A stretch of DNA of 64,000 nt from a virus (Duplodnaviria; Heunggongvirae; Uroviricota; Caudoviricetes), in the IMG/VR virus record IMGVR_UViG_3300037418_003161, positions 32,001 through 96,000 of that record. One strand, given 5' to 3'. Numbering within the stretch: position 1 is the first letter of the stretch; the number at the start of each line of letters is the position of its first letter. Under the pieces are notes generated by a model. The model made no database searches, was not told the origin of the DNA, and saw only the letters and a program-made list of their open reading frames with translations. Made by a program: the position numbers and the translations under genes. Shown here in pieces: positions 1 to 9,068 of the stretch.

Positions 1-133
1 CATTGTGGGGCTTAATGCCTTTTATGTTGGTGGAATTCCGACTTTTCGGGACATATTGCTCACCGATTTTGGCGTATCTCCACCCAAGGTCTTTGTTCAG
101 GCGGTAGCCATAAGTGGGGGATTTTCTTTTCAT
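1..133 (-). CDS. Hypothetical protein, 5' part only (runs off window edge)
   Basis: ATG at 133 opens MKRKSPTYGYRLNKDLGWRYAKIGEQYVPKS... with no stop to position 1; a Bacteroidota-type promoter lies 22 nt upstream. Confidence 0.6.
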   Translation of the reverse strand, partial: MKRKSPTYGYRLNKDLGWRYAKIGEQYVPKSRNSTNIKGIKPHN

Positions 134-154
134 ATTGATGTTTGTTTCTTAAAA

Positions 155-187
155 CAAAGATAAAACAACTTTTTTCAATCCTCCAAA
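155..187 (-). promoter_or_regulatory. Bacteroidota sigma-A type promoter (TTTG-N21-TATCTTTG)
   Basis: Minus strand TTTG (187-184), 21-nt spacer, TATCTTTG (162-155); matches the -33/-7 consensus TTTG/TAnnTTTG. Confidence 0.65.
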
Positions 188-206
188 ATATTTTTTTTCT
201 TTGTTT

Positions 207-237
207 TAAAAAAAGACCTCTGTAGAAACAGAGGTCG
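207..237 (-). terminator. Intrinsic terminator
   Basis: GACCTCTGT-loop-ACAGAGGTC stem followed on the minus strand by a T run. Confidence 0.7.
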
Positions 238-279
238 TAAACCCAATAGGTCAAATGACCATAAAATCATTTAACAGAA

Positions 280-310
280 CAAAGATAAAGTAAATTTCTT
301 ATACCTCAAA
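280..310 (-). promoter_or_regulatory. Bacteroidota sigma-A type promoter (TTTG-N19-TATCTTTG)
   Basis: Minus strand TTTG (310-307), 19-nt spacer, TATCTTTG (287-280). Confidence 0.6.
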
Positions 311-342
311 ACCAAAATCAAACCATGTTTCCCTATAAATAT

Positions 343-377
343 AAAAATCCCGGAAGCCGTCAGACTTTCCGGGATTT
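343..377 (-). terminator. Intrinsic terminator ending the ruvC/GIY-YIG transcript
   Basis: 11-bp inverted repeat AAATCCCGGAA / TTCCGGGATTT with a T run on the minus strand. Confidence 0.65.
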
Positions 378-397
378 ACCAACCTAAACCAGTGTTT

Positions 398-526
398 TTA
401 AGGTGTGTCTAAAAGTTCTTCCAGTTTTAAAATAACCTTATCTCGTAAACTTGTATTTCCATTGGCCGAAGCCACTGTCAACAATTGAGTTAGGACTGTA
501 ATGGTGTTTAATTGTTCTTGTGTCAT
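398..526 (-). CDS. Small hypothetical protein (42 aa)
   Basis: Translated by hand: MTQEQLNTITVLTQLLTVASANGNTSLRDKVILKLEELLDTP; preceded by AAGGAGG; fills the gap before the terminator. Confidence 0.55.
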   Translation of the reverse strand: MTQEQLNTITVLTQLLTVASANGNTSLRDKVILKLEELLDTP

Positions 527-541
527 TTTTCCTCCTTTATT

Positions 542-859
542 TTATTCATATAGCCGTAAACGCACGTTGCGGTTGGTTTTATCCAACCATTCTTGTTCTT
601 TTTCAATCAGTAACTTCACCAACTCCGGTTTAGGTAGGGTATCATCAACTTCTTCTTTAACTTCGAATGAAAAGTTTTCAATACCATATTTTTTAATTGC
701 GTTACGTAATAATAAACTCCCTTTACCGTATCTATGTTGATTCCATCTACGTTCAATATCAATTGATTGCCCAACATATCTTTTTCCATTAACATTGTTA
801 GTGACAATGTAAATCCCACTTATCGGTGTTTTTCGCAATCGTCTTACAACTTTATCCAT
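542..859 (-). CDS. GIY-YIG endonuclease domain protein, apparently C-terminally truncated
   Basis: GIY...YVG motif, RW..H, 'LRNAIKKYGIENFSFEV', E..W; only 105 aa, with no GYN motif or DNA-binding tail. Confidence 0.8.
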   Translation of the reverse strand: MDKVVRRLRKTPISGIYIVTNNVNGKRYVGQSIDIERRWNQHRYGKGSLLLRNAIKKYGIENFSFEVKEEVDDTLPKPELVKLLIEKEQEWLDKTNRNVRLRLYE

Positions 860-907
860 GCTTATAAATATACCATTTGTGAGAAAATACCATTACACTT
901 GTGAACA

Positions 908-1519
908 TCATTTATCATCATGCAATTTATTATACCAACCTATTCCGGCAGCATACGCATCAGACATATCGAAATTTTCTTTTTTTAATGTTCCAGTTTT
1001 GGTGTAAAACCATTCCACTTGAGGTTCTTTGGCGGCTACCAGTTCCCACACAATTTGCTTCTTATCAACACCTTTTTCGTAAGCACCAAACAAAACCTTT
1101 GTCCCTTTGGGATTGGGTTGAACCAGTTCCGGGAATGCATATTTTCGGGAATTATAAGTGGAAATGAAATTGGGAACGATTCCAAAGACTTCCCACACTG
1201 CTTTCGTTATAAGAGTATTATAACGGAGAAGAGTTCCGACAGTATAAACGTTATTGGAATTTAAGAGGGGTTCTTCAATAATAACCTTAACAATACCGAA
1301 ATTTTGATAATCCAAGAGGGTTTTTTTAAAGGCTTCTGCCTTTTTAATCAGTTCTTCAATTTTATCTTCCGGTTGTGGCTTAATCTTGGGTGAGAAATGT
1401 TTGAGTTCTAACAACTTCATATCCTTCATTTCAAACAGGGCAAATCCAATGGTTTTTGTGGACACGTCCAAACCCAAAATTTTTGGTGAGTTTTTTAATT
1501 TAGCAATATTGTTATCCAT
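908..1519 (-). CDS. ruvC: RuvC-like Holliday junction resolvase
   Basis: ILGLDVS (D), IIEEP (E) and DMSDA (DxxD) acidic catalytic pattern of the RNase H/RuvC fold. Confidence 0.8.
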   Translation of the reverse strand: MDNNIAKLKNSPKILGLDVSTKTIGFALFEMKDMKLLELKHFSPKIKPQPEDKIEELIKKAEAFKKTLLDYQNFGIVKVIIEEPLLNSNNVYTVGTLLRYNTLITKAVWEVFGIVPNFISTYNSRKYAFPELVQPNPKGTKVLFGAYEKGVDKKQIVWELVAAKEPQVEWFYTKTGTLKKENFDMSDAYAAGIGWYNKLHDDK

Positions 1520-1585
1520 TTGTTTTCATAGGATTTAAAATCCTTTCAAAACTTATTGGAAAACAACATATTTGTAAAGACTATA

Positions 1586-2011
1586 TTATTTATTCTTATA
1601 AATTTTTATATTGATTTTGCTTTGGGGGTGTAGCCCCAACCCAAACTTTTCCATTTCATCCTCGAATATTTGTATGAGTTTTGTGGAGACCCACTTGAAC
1701 CATGCCTGTGATGGAGGTTTATTTCGAAACCTATCATCTAAACTAATGTTTTCATCAAACACTTTGTCGTATATTTCTGATGTGGGGAGAATATATGCGG
1801 TAGCTTGAACAATCACTAAATCCCAATTGGGATTATGTGCCCAATCTTGGGTAAGTTTGGGGTCAGTGAAAATTACATGTAATTCATAATCATAGCGACT
1901 TACATCCGTCATGCTTATCATATGAGGATGACCTATCAGAGTTGATTCACAATATTTCTTGAATTTGTTGAATTTAAGACCGCTAATTGATTCTTGGATT
2001 AACCTTCTCAT
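1586..2011 (-). CDS. Hypothetical protein with N-terminal (L/I)xE leader
   Basis: 141-aa ORF starting MRRLIQE; overlaps the upstream gene's stop. Confidence 0.75.
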   Translation of the reverse strand: MRRLIQESISGLKFNKFKKYCESTLIGHPHMISMTDVSRYDYELHVIFTDPKLTQDWAHNPNWDLVIVQATAYILPTSEIYDKVFDENISLDDRFRNKPPSQAWFKWVSTKLIQIFEDEMEKFGLGLHPQSKINIKIYKNK

Positions 2012-2448
2012 AGTTTTATTCCTCCATAATCAATGTCGATACGAACGCCAAACATTTTTAGTCCATAATTATCACAATAGTCAGTAAGTTTAGAATTTAA
2101 ATCTTTTGTTATACCCTCCCTTACCCGGTTATTTTTTGTACCCCAAAGTAATTCAACATAGTAATCAATCGAAAACCAATCATATTCATCTGCTGCGTAT
2201 TCTTCACCATCTTCATTTTCTGCCCATACCTCCATAAATAATGAAGAGTCTTCACTTACACTAACCTCAATTGAGATATAAAGCAACCTATCGTTCACAT
2301 TAAACTCAAAGTCCGTAACACTATATAAAATTTCATAATCTTCCTCCTCAAACGCAGTTTGTTCCTGACCCACCAATTCTTTTCGAACCCTTTGCTCCCA
2401 ATGGTCAACCACTTTATCAAAAACAGCTTCTTTAATTATTTTCTTCAT
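2008..2448 (-). CDS. Acidic hypothetical protein with N-terminal IxE leader
   Basis: 146-aa ORF starting MKKIIKE; similar layout to its neighbours (L[IV]G..., C-terminal I.I.I). Confidence 0.75.
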   Translation of the reverse strand: MKKIIKEAVFDKVVDHWEQRVRKELVGQEQTAFEEEDYEILYSVTDFEFNVNDRLLYISIEVSVSEDSSLFMEVWAENEDGEEYAADEYDWFSIDYYVELLWGTKNNRVREGITKDLNSKLTDYCDNYGLKMFGVRIDIDYGGIKL

Positions 2449-2845
2449 CTGTAAATTCGATTCTTATATCAATATATATTGCTATCACTTCTGCGATATC
2501 ATTAATGGTATCTTTACAATATCTTTTGATTTCCATTCCAAACCAAGTTTCACTTATTTTAGTTCTTTCAGAAAATATTTCAAAATAAGTTTTTAGATTA
2601 ACCACTTCAGAACCGTATTCATCAGAAAGCGAAATTGTGCTTTCAGGATTCACATCAACGTTTAGAATTATTATGAATAAATCTTTACCAAGTTTAGACC
2701 TTCGAAAATCAATACTTAAAATTTTGAACATGATATTATCATATTCGTCATGAATATGATGTTCCCCAACAAGTCTTCGTTGAAACAAGGCTTCAATTTT
2801 TTTGAACTTTATATCATCAATTGCTTCTTTAATTTGTTGTCTCAT
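2432..2845 (-). CDS. Hypothetical protein with N-terminal IxE leader
   Basis: 137-aa ORF starting MRQQIKE; coupled to the upstream gene via TAATG. Confidence 0.75.
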   Translation of the reverse strand: MRQQIKEAIDDIKFKKIEALFQRRLVGEHHIHDEYDNIMFKILSIDFRRSKLGKDLFIIILNVDVNPESTISLSDEYGSEVVNLKTYFEIFSERTKISETWFGMEIKRYCKDTINDIAEVIAIYIDIRIEFTDEENN

Positions 2846-4377
2846 TAAAAGTCGATTTTAACCGCAAACTGTTGGAAGCCGATTCTTTCCACCGGGTGGG
2901 TGGCTTTGGCAATCACCAGTAATTCTTTGGCCTCATTATATAAACCCACATCGGTTATTCTTGCATTCACCCCCGGAATTTTGGTAGGGTTTTGTGAAGT
3001 TACGAATTGGGTTGCCGGAAGGTTTACAATGAAATTCATCTCATGAATGTTGGTGGCTCTTGTGGCTTTTACAGACCCCGGAAGGGTGGTTTCTCCACCA
3101 AACTGCTGCGTACCTGTCCATTCGTAAACCGTACCATTTTCATACATCGCCTTGGTCAGAATGATTTGATACCCGGTGATGTTGGACGGTGTTAAGTTGC
3201 CGGATACACCGGGCAGTTGGGAAGTCACATCCACTTCAATCCAGCCATCCGATACTGGCAAATCCCCATGGTCAACTACTTGCACCAATAGACTCAGGGC
3301 AGTGGCCGTGAAATCCAAGTTCAGAGATTGTAGTTCATTACCAAATTTTACCGACACATTGGTTTCTCCGGCAATACCCGGCAATTTACAATAGTAGTTG
3401 CAGGGCAGCGAACCATCATCAAATTTATAGGTTATCCATACATCCTTGGTTGTTCCAGAAAGCAAACAAGTACTACCCGAATCCGGGGAGCAGGGAAGGT
3501 CAGGGGGAACATAATTTAACCGGGGAGCAGGAAGTGTCCACGTCCTTGTTGTTCCGCTACTTAACGCCGCACCGATTTCTTGGTCGTCAATTGCAATAAC
3601 TCTTTTACCCACAAAAATCTTCCCCACCTTATGGCCTCCGGCATCAACAAGGTACATGAACTTTTCTCCAAGACTTGCTGACTCGTTGACGGCTGATTTA
3701 ACATATCCTCCTTTACTGGACATATAAAACTTAGCCCCAATGGTTGCTCCACTGCTTCTGTGGTAGGAAAGTGTGGCAAGGTTCAGTTCAAAATAACTTT
3801 GGGCTTCTGCATCATGGGCTAACCAATCTTCATAATCATCATAGTTTTCCCCCGAATAGTGGATGAGTGCCAATGTGTGTTGTTCGTTGGGGGGAACAAT
3901 GATTTCATCCCCCAACGAATTTACATATGAGGTTTGGGTGTTGTTTGTTTGACCACTTAGGGATGTATACCCAAAATATTCCTTGGCTGAAGCATAGGCA
4001 TTGGAGGGGTAGGAGGTCAACCCACTTGTTGAATCATCCAACCCTGCGGGTTTTTGCGTCCATACCACGTTTAGCTTCCAAGGTTTATCCGGGTCACACA
4101 CGAAATCTTCCGTAAGCGTGGTGGTGCTGTGGTCAGCCGTTAATGTACCGTAATCCAGTTTGGTAACGGTATCCAAAAGTAGAGGATATTTTAAATCCAA
4201 GTCCAGTTCAGCCGGATGCATTACGTACTCATCCAAGGTGGCAAAATTGTAATCATACTCCGAGTCTCCCACCTTGAAATAGAGTAGGGAAAAATTTCCC
4301 TCAGAGATTCTTTTTCTACCCAAGTCCGTAACCTTGGCAGATAAACATTCGATTATATTCTTATCTAAAAACGACAT
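2845..4377 (-). CDS. Virion structural protein, tail-collar/fibre-attachment-like
   Basis: N-terminal 'VTDLGRKRI...YFKVGD' and C-terminal 'ITDVGLYNEAKELLVIAK' resemble the two halves of tail-collar fibre domains; many SGxT motifs. Confidence 0.55.
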   Translation of the reverse strand: MSFLDKNIIECLSAKVTDLGRKRISEGNFSLLYFKVGDSEYDYNFATLDEYVMHPAELDLDLKYPLLLDTVTKLDYGTLTADHSTTTLTEDFVCDPDKPWKLNVVWTQKPAGLDDSTSGLTSYPSNAYASAKEYFGYTSLSGQTNNTQTSYVNSLGDEIIVPPNEQHTLALIHYSGENYDDYEDWLAHDAEAQSYFELNLATLSYHRSSGATIGAKFYMSSKGGYVKSAVNESASLGEKFMYLVDAGGHKVGKIFVGKRVIAIDDQEIGAALSSGTTRTWTLPAPRLNYVPPDLPCSPDSGSTCLLSGTTKDVWITYKFDDGSLPCNYYCKLPGIAGETNVSVKFGNELQSLNLDFTATALSLLVQVVDHGDLPVSDGWIEVDVTSQLPGVSGNLTPSNITGYQIILTKAMYENGTVYEWTGTQQFGGETTLPGSVKATRATNIHEMNFIVNLPATQFVTSQNPTKIPGVNARITDVGLYNEAKELLVIAKATHPVERIGFQQFAVKIDF

Positions 4378-4389
4378 AACAATTTTTTA

Positions 4390-6492
4390 TTAAGCAGTAG
4401 GGAGGGCCTTGTTATGGGTGAGCAAGCCGTTGGCGTAGTATACATCCAAGTCTTCCACATCCAAAAGATAGGTGGTGAATAACCCATCTTCAATGGTAAT
4501 ATTGTTTACCAGTATAAAACCTCCTTGTTCATAAAGAAGGTAATCCCCGGTTTTTATGGCATCAGCCCTTTCAAAATAATACTGGTCGCCCCTGCGAATA
4601 AAGTGTCGGTGTTCTCCACTTGCAACCAATACACCGTTTATTTTATAAACCCTTCTGTTTAAAACTTCTTTAACTGACCGAACAGTGGTGGTGGAAGGAA
4701 CAGCAGAAAGTGTGGTAGACGACCAATCCACATATGCCACATCATCGTCATTTAAACCATTGATGTATAAGCTCATTAAAACATCTCCCACTACCACGTC
4801 TTCAATAAGTTTATACGAGCCGTCTGCAAGGGTGATGCGTGTGCCTTTGATTAAACAACCCCCGCTTGTACAACCTTTATCAACTGTTACACCCCCATCA
4901 TATAAAAATCCTGTGGGTAATGTACCACTCAACACAATTGTACCTGTTGAATTAAAGGTGATGCCAAGTGTAAATTGGGCAAGCGTTCCCCTTTGAATCA
5001 TGGTAATACTTGCCGTTCTTGTGGTACATGGCCTACACGTTGCTGAACCAATAGAAAAGGCCGGGGTAATGCCTCCTACACCGTAGGTTCCTCCGTTCAA
5101 GCCTACAACCTCAAGACTAATACTGTCCGTACCAGTTGAAACATATAGAGATTGAACCGTGGCTTCAATTGCATAAATAATACACCCGGAAGCAGCAGCA
5201 GCCGAAGCCGAAGGTGTTACCGAAGGAGTGGGAATGGGGGACTTGGTTGGAGTCACGGACGGAGATGGGGTAGGTGTAGGGTCAACCGAACCCACCGGAC
5301 ACAGTGTAGGGTTTAGGGTGTCGGGAAAATATGGCCCAAGACCACCAGTAGGTGTGTTTTCTTCCTGATAACCATCCGGTACACCGTTGGCCAATCTTCG
5401 TCTACCTACGCAATGTATATAACCTGTATTGACCTTGGTAGGGTCAATCTCGATTCTTCGCTTGCACACAGGAACATTTCCACTGGTGTCTAAACTATAG
5501 CCCACATTACAACTATAGCCGTAGGTGGCACTCACCGTAATGGGTTTACAAAAAAAGTTTTGGGTGGAAAATAGAATTTTTAAATCGCTTTCTTTGGTGG
5601 CTGCAATAAGTTCCGCTTCTGTATTGTCGTATATCTCACCACCGAATGATGCACCGAAGCCGTAGTTTCGTCCCGATACCTCAATGTAGTTATCCCCATC
5701 TTGTAGGATGACCGGGTAGATATGCCAGAACCTTGAGTTGGATTCATCAAAAATATTGGTTTGTTCCACCACCTTATAACCGTTGATAACCAACCGAACT
5801 GTATTGTCCCCGGCGATACCAATATAATAGATTTTGGATGTGGCTATGGTAATGGTAGCGGAAACCCCAATCCATTCGTTGATGGAGTTTTGAAATGTGT
5901 TGTTGGTACAATTGTCCACACCCCAAATCCCTACTTTATTTAATCTACCATCGGAGAGGTTTTCAAGGCCATTACCCCAAAGTGGTCGGGTAGCAACCGT
6001 AGTGGTTACATAGCCGGATTGAACTGCACCATCAGTGGTATACCCCCCCAATTTGTAAATCTTTGCACCGTAGCTTGAATAAATTTGATTTTTGGAGTTA
6101 TTGACCAATAGGGTTGTGCCGTGAGTGGGCGTTTGTTGGTCGTAGCCATAACAATAATATCCATCGCTGCTAAGCGTATAACCTTCAGGACACGCCAGCT
6201 TGGTTTCACAATTACATTCGGTAGCTTCCCATGTGATGACAATTGGTTTGGAGGGTGTAATAGAAGGGGTGGGAGTGGGGGTGGGAGTTATGGTAAATTG
6301 AAACGTTTTGGTTAAATCATCACATCCTACTTTTACAATTCGCACCGTATAATATACCACATCATCCGTGATGCCAGTGAGGGTGTAGGTTGTACCTGTC
6401 CAACCACTCACAATGAGGGTTGAACCTGTCATACCTGATGCGCCGTATATATCAACAGGGGGGTCAAGTTGGTTGATGATAATTGATTTCAT
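4390..6492 (-). CDS. Putative virion fibre protein with T/P linkers, PA14-like domain and C-terminal Hint domain
   Basis: 'YYIGIAGDNTVRLVING' PA14-like strand; C-terminal CLIKGT...SGEHRHF...YYANGLLTHN Hint blocks. Confidence 0.75.
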   Translation of the reverse strand: MKSIIINQLDPPVDIYGASGMTGSTLIVSGWTGTTYTLTGITDDVVYYTVRIVKVGCDDLTKTFQFTITPTPTPTPSITPSKPIVITWEATECNCETKLACPEGYTLSSDGYYCYGYDQQTPTHGTTLLVNNSKNQIYSSYGAKIYKLGGYTTDGAVQSGYVTTTVATRPLWGNGLENLSDGRLNKVGIWGVDNCTNNTFQNSINEWIGVSATITIATSKIYYIGIAGDNTVRLVINGYKVVEQTNIFDESNSRFWHIYPVILQDGDNYIEVSGRNYGFGASFGGEIYDNTEAELIAATKESDLKILFSTQNFFCKPITVSATYGYSCNVGYSLDTSGNVPVCKRRIEIDPTKVNTGYIHCVGRRRLANGVPDGYQEENTPTGGLGPYFPDTLNPTLCPVGSVDPTPTPSPSVTPTKSPIPTPSVTPSASAAAASGCIIYAIEATVQSLYVSTGTDSISLEVVGLNGGTYGVGGITPAFSIGSATCRPCTTRTASITMIQRGTLAQFTLGITFNSTGTIVLSGTLPTGFLYDGGVTVDKGCTSGGCLIKGTRITLADGSYKLIEDVVVGDVLMSLYINGLNDDDVAYVDWSSTTLSAVPSTTTVRSVKEVLNRRVYKINGVLVASGEHRHFIRRGDQYYFERADAIKTGDYLLYEQGGFILVNNITIEDGLFTTYLLDVEDLDVYYANGLLTHNKALPTA
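4411..4857 (-). other. Hint (intein-like) auto-processing domain
   Basis: Block A CLIKGTRITLADG, block B SGEH, block F/G YLLDVEDLDVYYANGLLTHN; the +1 residue is Lys, followed by only 5 more aa. Confidence 0.85.
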
Positions 6493-6534
6493 TATACATA
6501 AATACTAACCAAAATGATATTGTAAGTAAATGTA

Positions 6535-8340
6535 TTAAGTACCGCAATTCTGATAACTTACCAGTTGACAGTAGGGTGATTCATCACACATAACCAACGA
6601 CCATCCAGCGGGACACGTATACCCTACACCCAAATTTCCCAAGGTAACTGGCTGACCCACTTGACTTGCTGAGGTAAAGAACAGGTTTAAGGTGCTATAG
6701 CTTGTTGCCCCCGTTATTTCAGCCGCAGTATTGTTGTAAATTTCTACCCCTACGGCTGCGGCACTACTTTCATTGTGTCCTATCACTTCCAAAACGTGTT
6801 TTCCCGCTTGCATTGTTACAGGGTAAATAAACCAATATTTAAACGTTACTTGGGCATCCGTACCAAATTGTGTCATCAATGCATTCACATCTTGTGATAC
6901 CACTACCTGTCCGTCCAGTTTTACAATACAATAATTATCTGCCGCCATGCCGATATAAAAGGTTTGCTGTTGCGCCACATTAAAACAGCTTGAAAAACCA
7001 ATTTCCTGTGCATTGGCAGTTCTACTTCCCCACACCGCACAACGATTGAGCGGCCCATCAGTAGTCGTGGTATTGGGGTTTGACCAAAAACTGGTGGTTA
7101 AAAAAGTGGGTGTATCAATATATGTTCCGTTGGAGTTATATGTAGAAAACAAAACTGTACCGAAGTTTCCATAGGAAAGAAGACTTTTGGCTACCAAGGT
7201 ATCTCCTGTGGTGGGTGAGGTTGCCCCGGTAGTTGAATACTGTACGCAACGTGAACCATCAATGGTAGGGGTATACCCGGAAGGACAGTTACAGTTTACA
7301 CTAGCAGGAGTGGATGGAGAGGGTGTGGGTGTATGTGTGGGTGTAATGGACGGTGTTGTAGTAAGAGTTGGTGTGTTGCTCTGCGTAGGGGTTGGTGATT
7401 GAGTTGAATTTGGCGTAATGGTAGGTGTCACCGAAGCTGTAATACTTGGTGTAACACTTGGAGTTACAGAATTGGTGGGGGTGTGAGAAGCCGTTAAGCT
7501 CACCGAATTGGTGGGAGTAGGCGTTACGTTACCACTTTTGGAAATTGAAGGTGTGGGTGTGATGGAAGAAGTGGGAGTGGGTGTCACCGAGTGACATGTT
7601 CCCAATTTATCCACACTATAGTCTGAACCGACTCCTGTGATTGAACCCTCGGTCACACACTCAAGTTCAAGGGGTGTACCGTAGTGGACATCCACCGTTT
7701 GATAGGTTCTTGAATCACAATCAAAATATCTTATGGTGGTAACACCAAAGACTTCCAGTACGTTGATTTGAAACTTATAACACACTTCGCTCACAGATGG
7801 GGTCAAGGAGGTGGTCACAGAAACCGATGGAGTCACTGAAGGTGTGGGGGTTTCATAAGGCGTATTGGAAATGGTTGGAGTGGGGGTAGGTGTCGCTCCC
7901 GGTGTTTTGGAAGCTGTCACCGATGGCGTCATTGATTTGGTCACTGATACGGTTGGAGTGGTTGTGGGTGATTCACTTGGGGTAATAGAAGGGGTAGGTG
8001 TGGCCGTTGGCGACCCTGATGGTAACGGTGTTTTTGTGGGTGTTCGAGTCGGAGTAATACTTTTGGTTGGTGTTCGGGTGAGTGTTGGTGTTAATGAAAT
8101 TGACGGAGTTATAGTTGGTGTAGGTGTAGGAACATTATGACCATAAGAGAGCATTTGCACCTCACAGTCTTGGGTCTTAAAAAATACATATACTTGGGTT
8201 ACATCGAACTCTCCAAGGATAACCGGGTAGGTGGTTACGTTGGTAAGCACAAGAGTTGCATCCGCAAAGGTGGTGGTTGTACCCGTATAGATATCGTAGG
8301 GGGTAGATGCGCCTGAGTAAGTAACAATGAGATTATACAT
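6535..8340 (-). CDS. T/P-rich putative virion fibre protein with YxDC module and C-terminal PA14-like domain
   Basis: Start moved to ATG 8340 (MYNLIV), which follows the TATTTATA motif and avoids overlap; 'FYIGMAADNYCIVKLDG' parallels the domain in 4390..6492. Confidence 0.75.
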   Translation of the reverse strand: MYNLIVTYSGASTPYDIYTGTTTTFADATLVLTNVTTYPVILGEFDVTQVYVFFKTQDCEVQMLSYGHNVPTPTPTITPSISLTPTLTRTPTKSITPTRTPTKTPLPSGSPTATPTPSITPSESPTTTPTVSVTKSMTPSVTASKTPGATPTPTPTISNTPYETPTPSVTPSVSVTTSLTPSVSEVCYKFQINVLEVFGVTTIRYFDCDSRTYQTVDVHYGTPLELECVTEGSITGVGSDYSVDKLGTCHSVTPTPTSSITPTPSISKSGNVTPTPTNSVSLTASHTPTNSVTPSVTPSITASVTPTITPNSTQSPTPTQSNTPTLTTTPSITPTHTPTPSPSTPASVNCNCPSGYTPTIDGSRCVQYSTTGATSPTTGDTLVAKSLLSYGNFGTVLFSTYNSNGTYIDTPTFLTTSFWSNPNTTTTDGPLNRCAVWGSRTANAQEIGFSSCFNVAQQQTFYIGMAADNYCIVKLDGQVVVSQDVNALMTQFGTDAQVTFKYWFIYPVTMQAGKHVLEVIGHNESSAAAVGVEIYNNTAAEITGATSYSTLNLFFTSASQVGQPVTLGNLGVGYTCPAGWSLVMCDESPYCQLVSYQNCGT

Positions 8341-8354
8341 GTAGTTTATAAATA

Positions 8355-9056
8355 TTAAGAGCCACAGTAGGAAACACGGTTTATGGTAACGTACTGTGCG
8401 TACCCTTGTGGGATGGAATAGATGGGTATACCATTTTGTTCCACCATACATACATTGAGCGATGAACCATTGTCAATGAACAGGGTTTTGTATGCACCTG
8501 TATCGCAATCCAAGTAGGTAAATTCCAACAAATCTAACAAAGCCACATTAAAAGTAAAGTCGTAGGCAAACGAAACTTCATAATACCCACAATTAATTGT
8601 TACGCTTGGCGTGGGTGTTGGGGTTGGCGTTGCAGCCGGGGTCTTACTCAACGACACCGTAGGGGTTATGGTGGGTGTTGGTGACAAGGCCACTTTCATT
8701 GTAGGACTCGGTGTGAGCGAGACGCTGATGGAAGGGGTCAATGAGATGGTTGGTGTAACGGAGGGGGTAATGGAAGGTGTTGGGGTGATGGGATAGGTGA
8801 CATCCAGAAAGAACGTTCCATAACACGTATCACCACAATAAGCCGAAGCCGTTCGTACATATTTGGTGGTTCTGAAATTGGTAATAGTATCTTCCAACAC
8901 CACATACATCGTGTAGTTGTTGGGTAGATTATACAGTGTAATGTAGGAAGTGTTGGCAGGATAAGTATTGTAATACACCGTATTGAACGGCGTAGTGCCA
9001 GTGTATACCCTGAATATATTAACTTGCGTAATCCCTGTTACTACATAATCTGTCAT
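8355..9056 (-). CDS. T/P-rich putative virion protein
   Basis: 233 aa with a TPTPS tract and a C-terminal YLDC Cys module; TATTTATA upstream. Confidence 0.8.
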   Translation of the reverse strand: MTDYVVTGITQVNIFRVYTGTTPFNTVYYNTYPANTSYITLYNLPNNYTMYVVLEDTITNFRTTKYVRTASAYCGDTCYGTFFLDVTYPITPTPSITPSVTPTISLTPSISVSLTPSPTMKVALSPTPTITPTVSLSKTPAATPTPTPTPSVTINCGYYEVSFAYDFTFNVALLDLLEFTYLDCDTGAYKTLFIDNGSSLNVCMVEQNGIPIYSIPQGYAQYVTINRVSYCGS

Positions 9057-9068
9057 TTCTTATAAATA

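Noticed and set aside
4411-4857. Canonical mobile intein
   Set aside because: No +1 Cys/Ser/Thr, no homing endonuclease and only a 6-aa C-terminal remainder
8341-8451. Longer N-terminal extensions in the ORF track (8451, 39311, 55078, 49854)
   Set aside because: They overlap upstream genes; internal ATGs with upstream motifs or stop/start coupling are better starts
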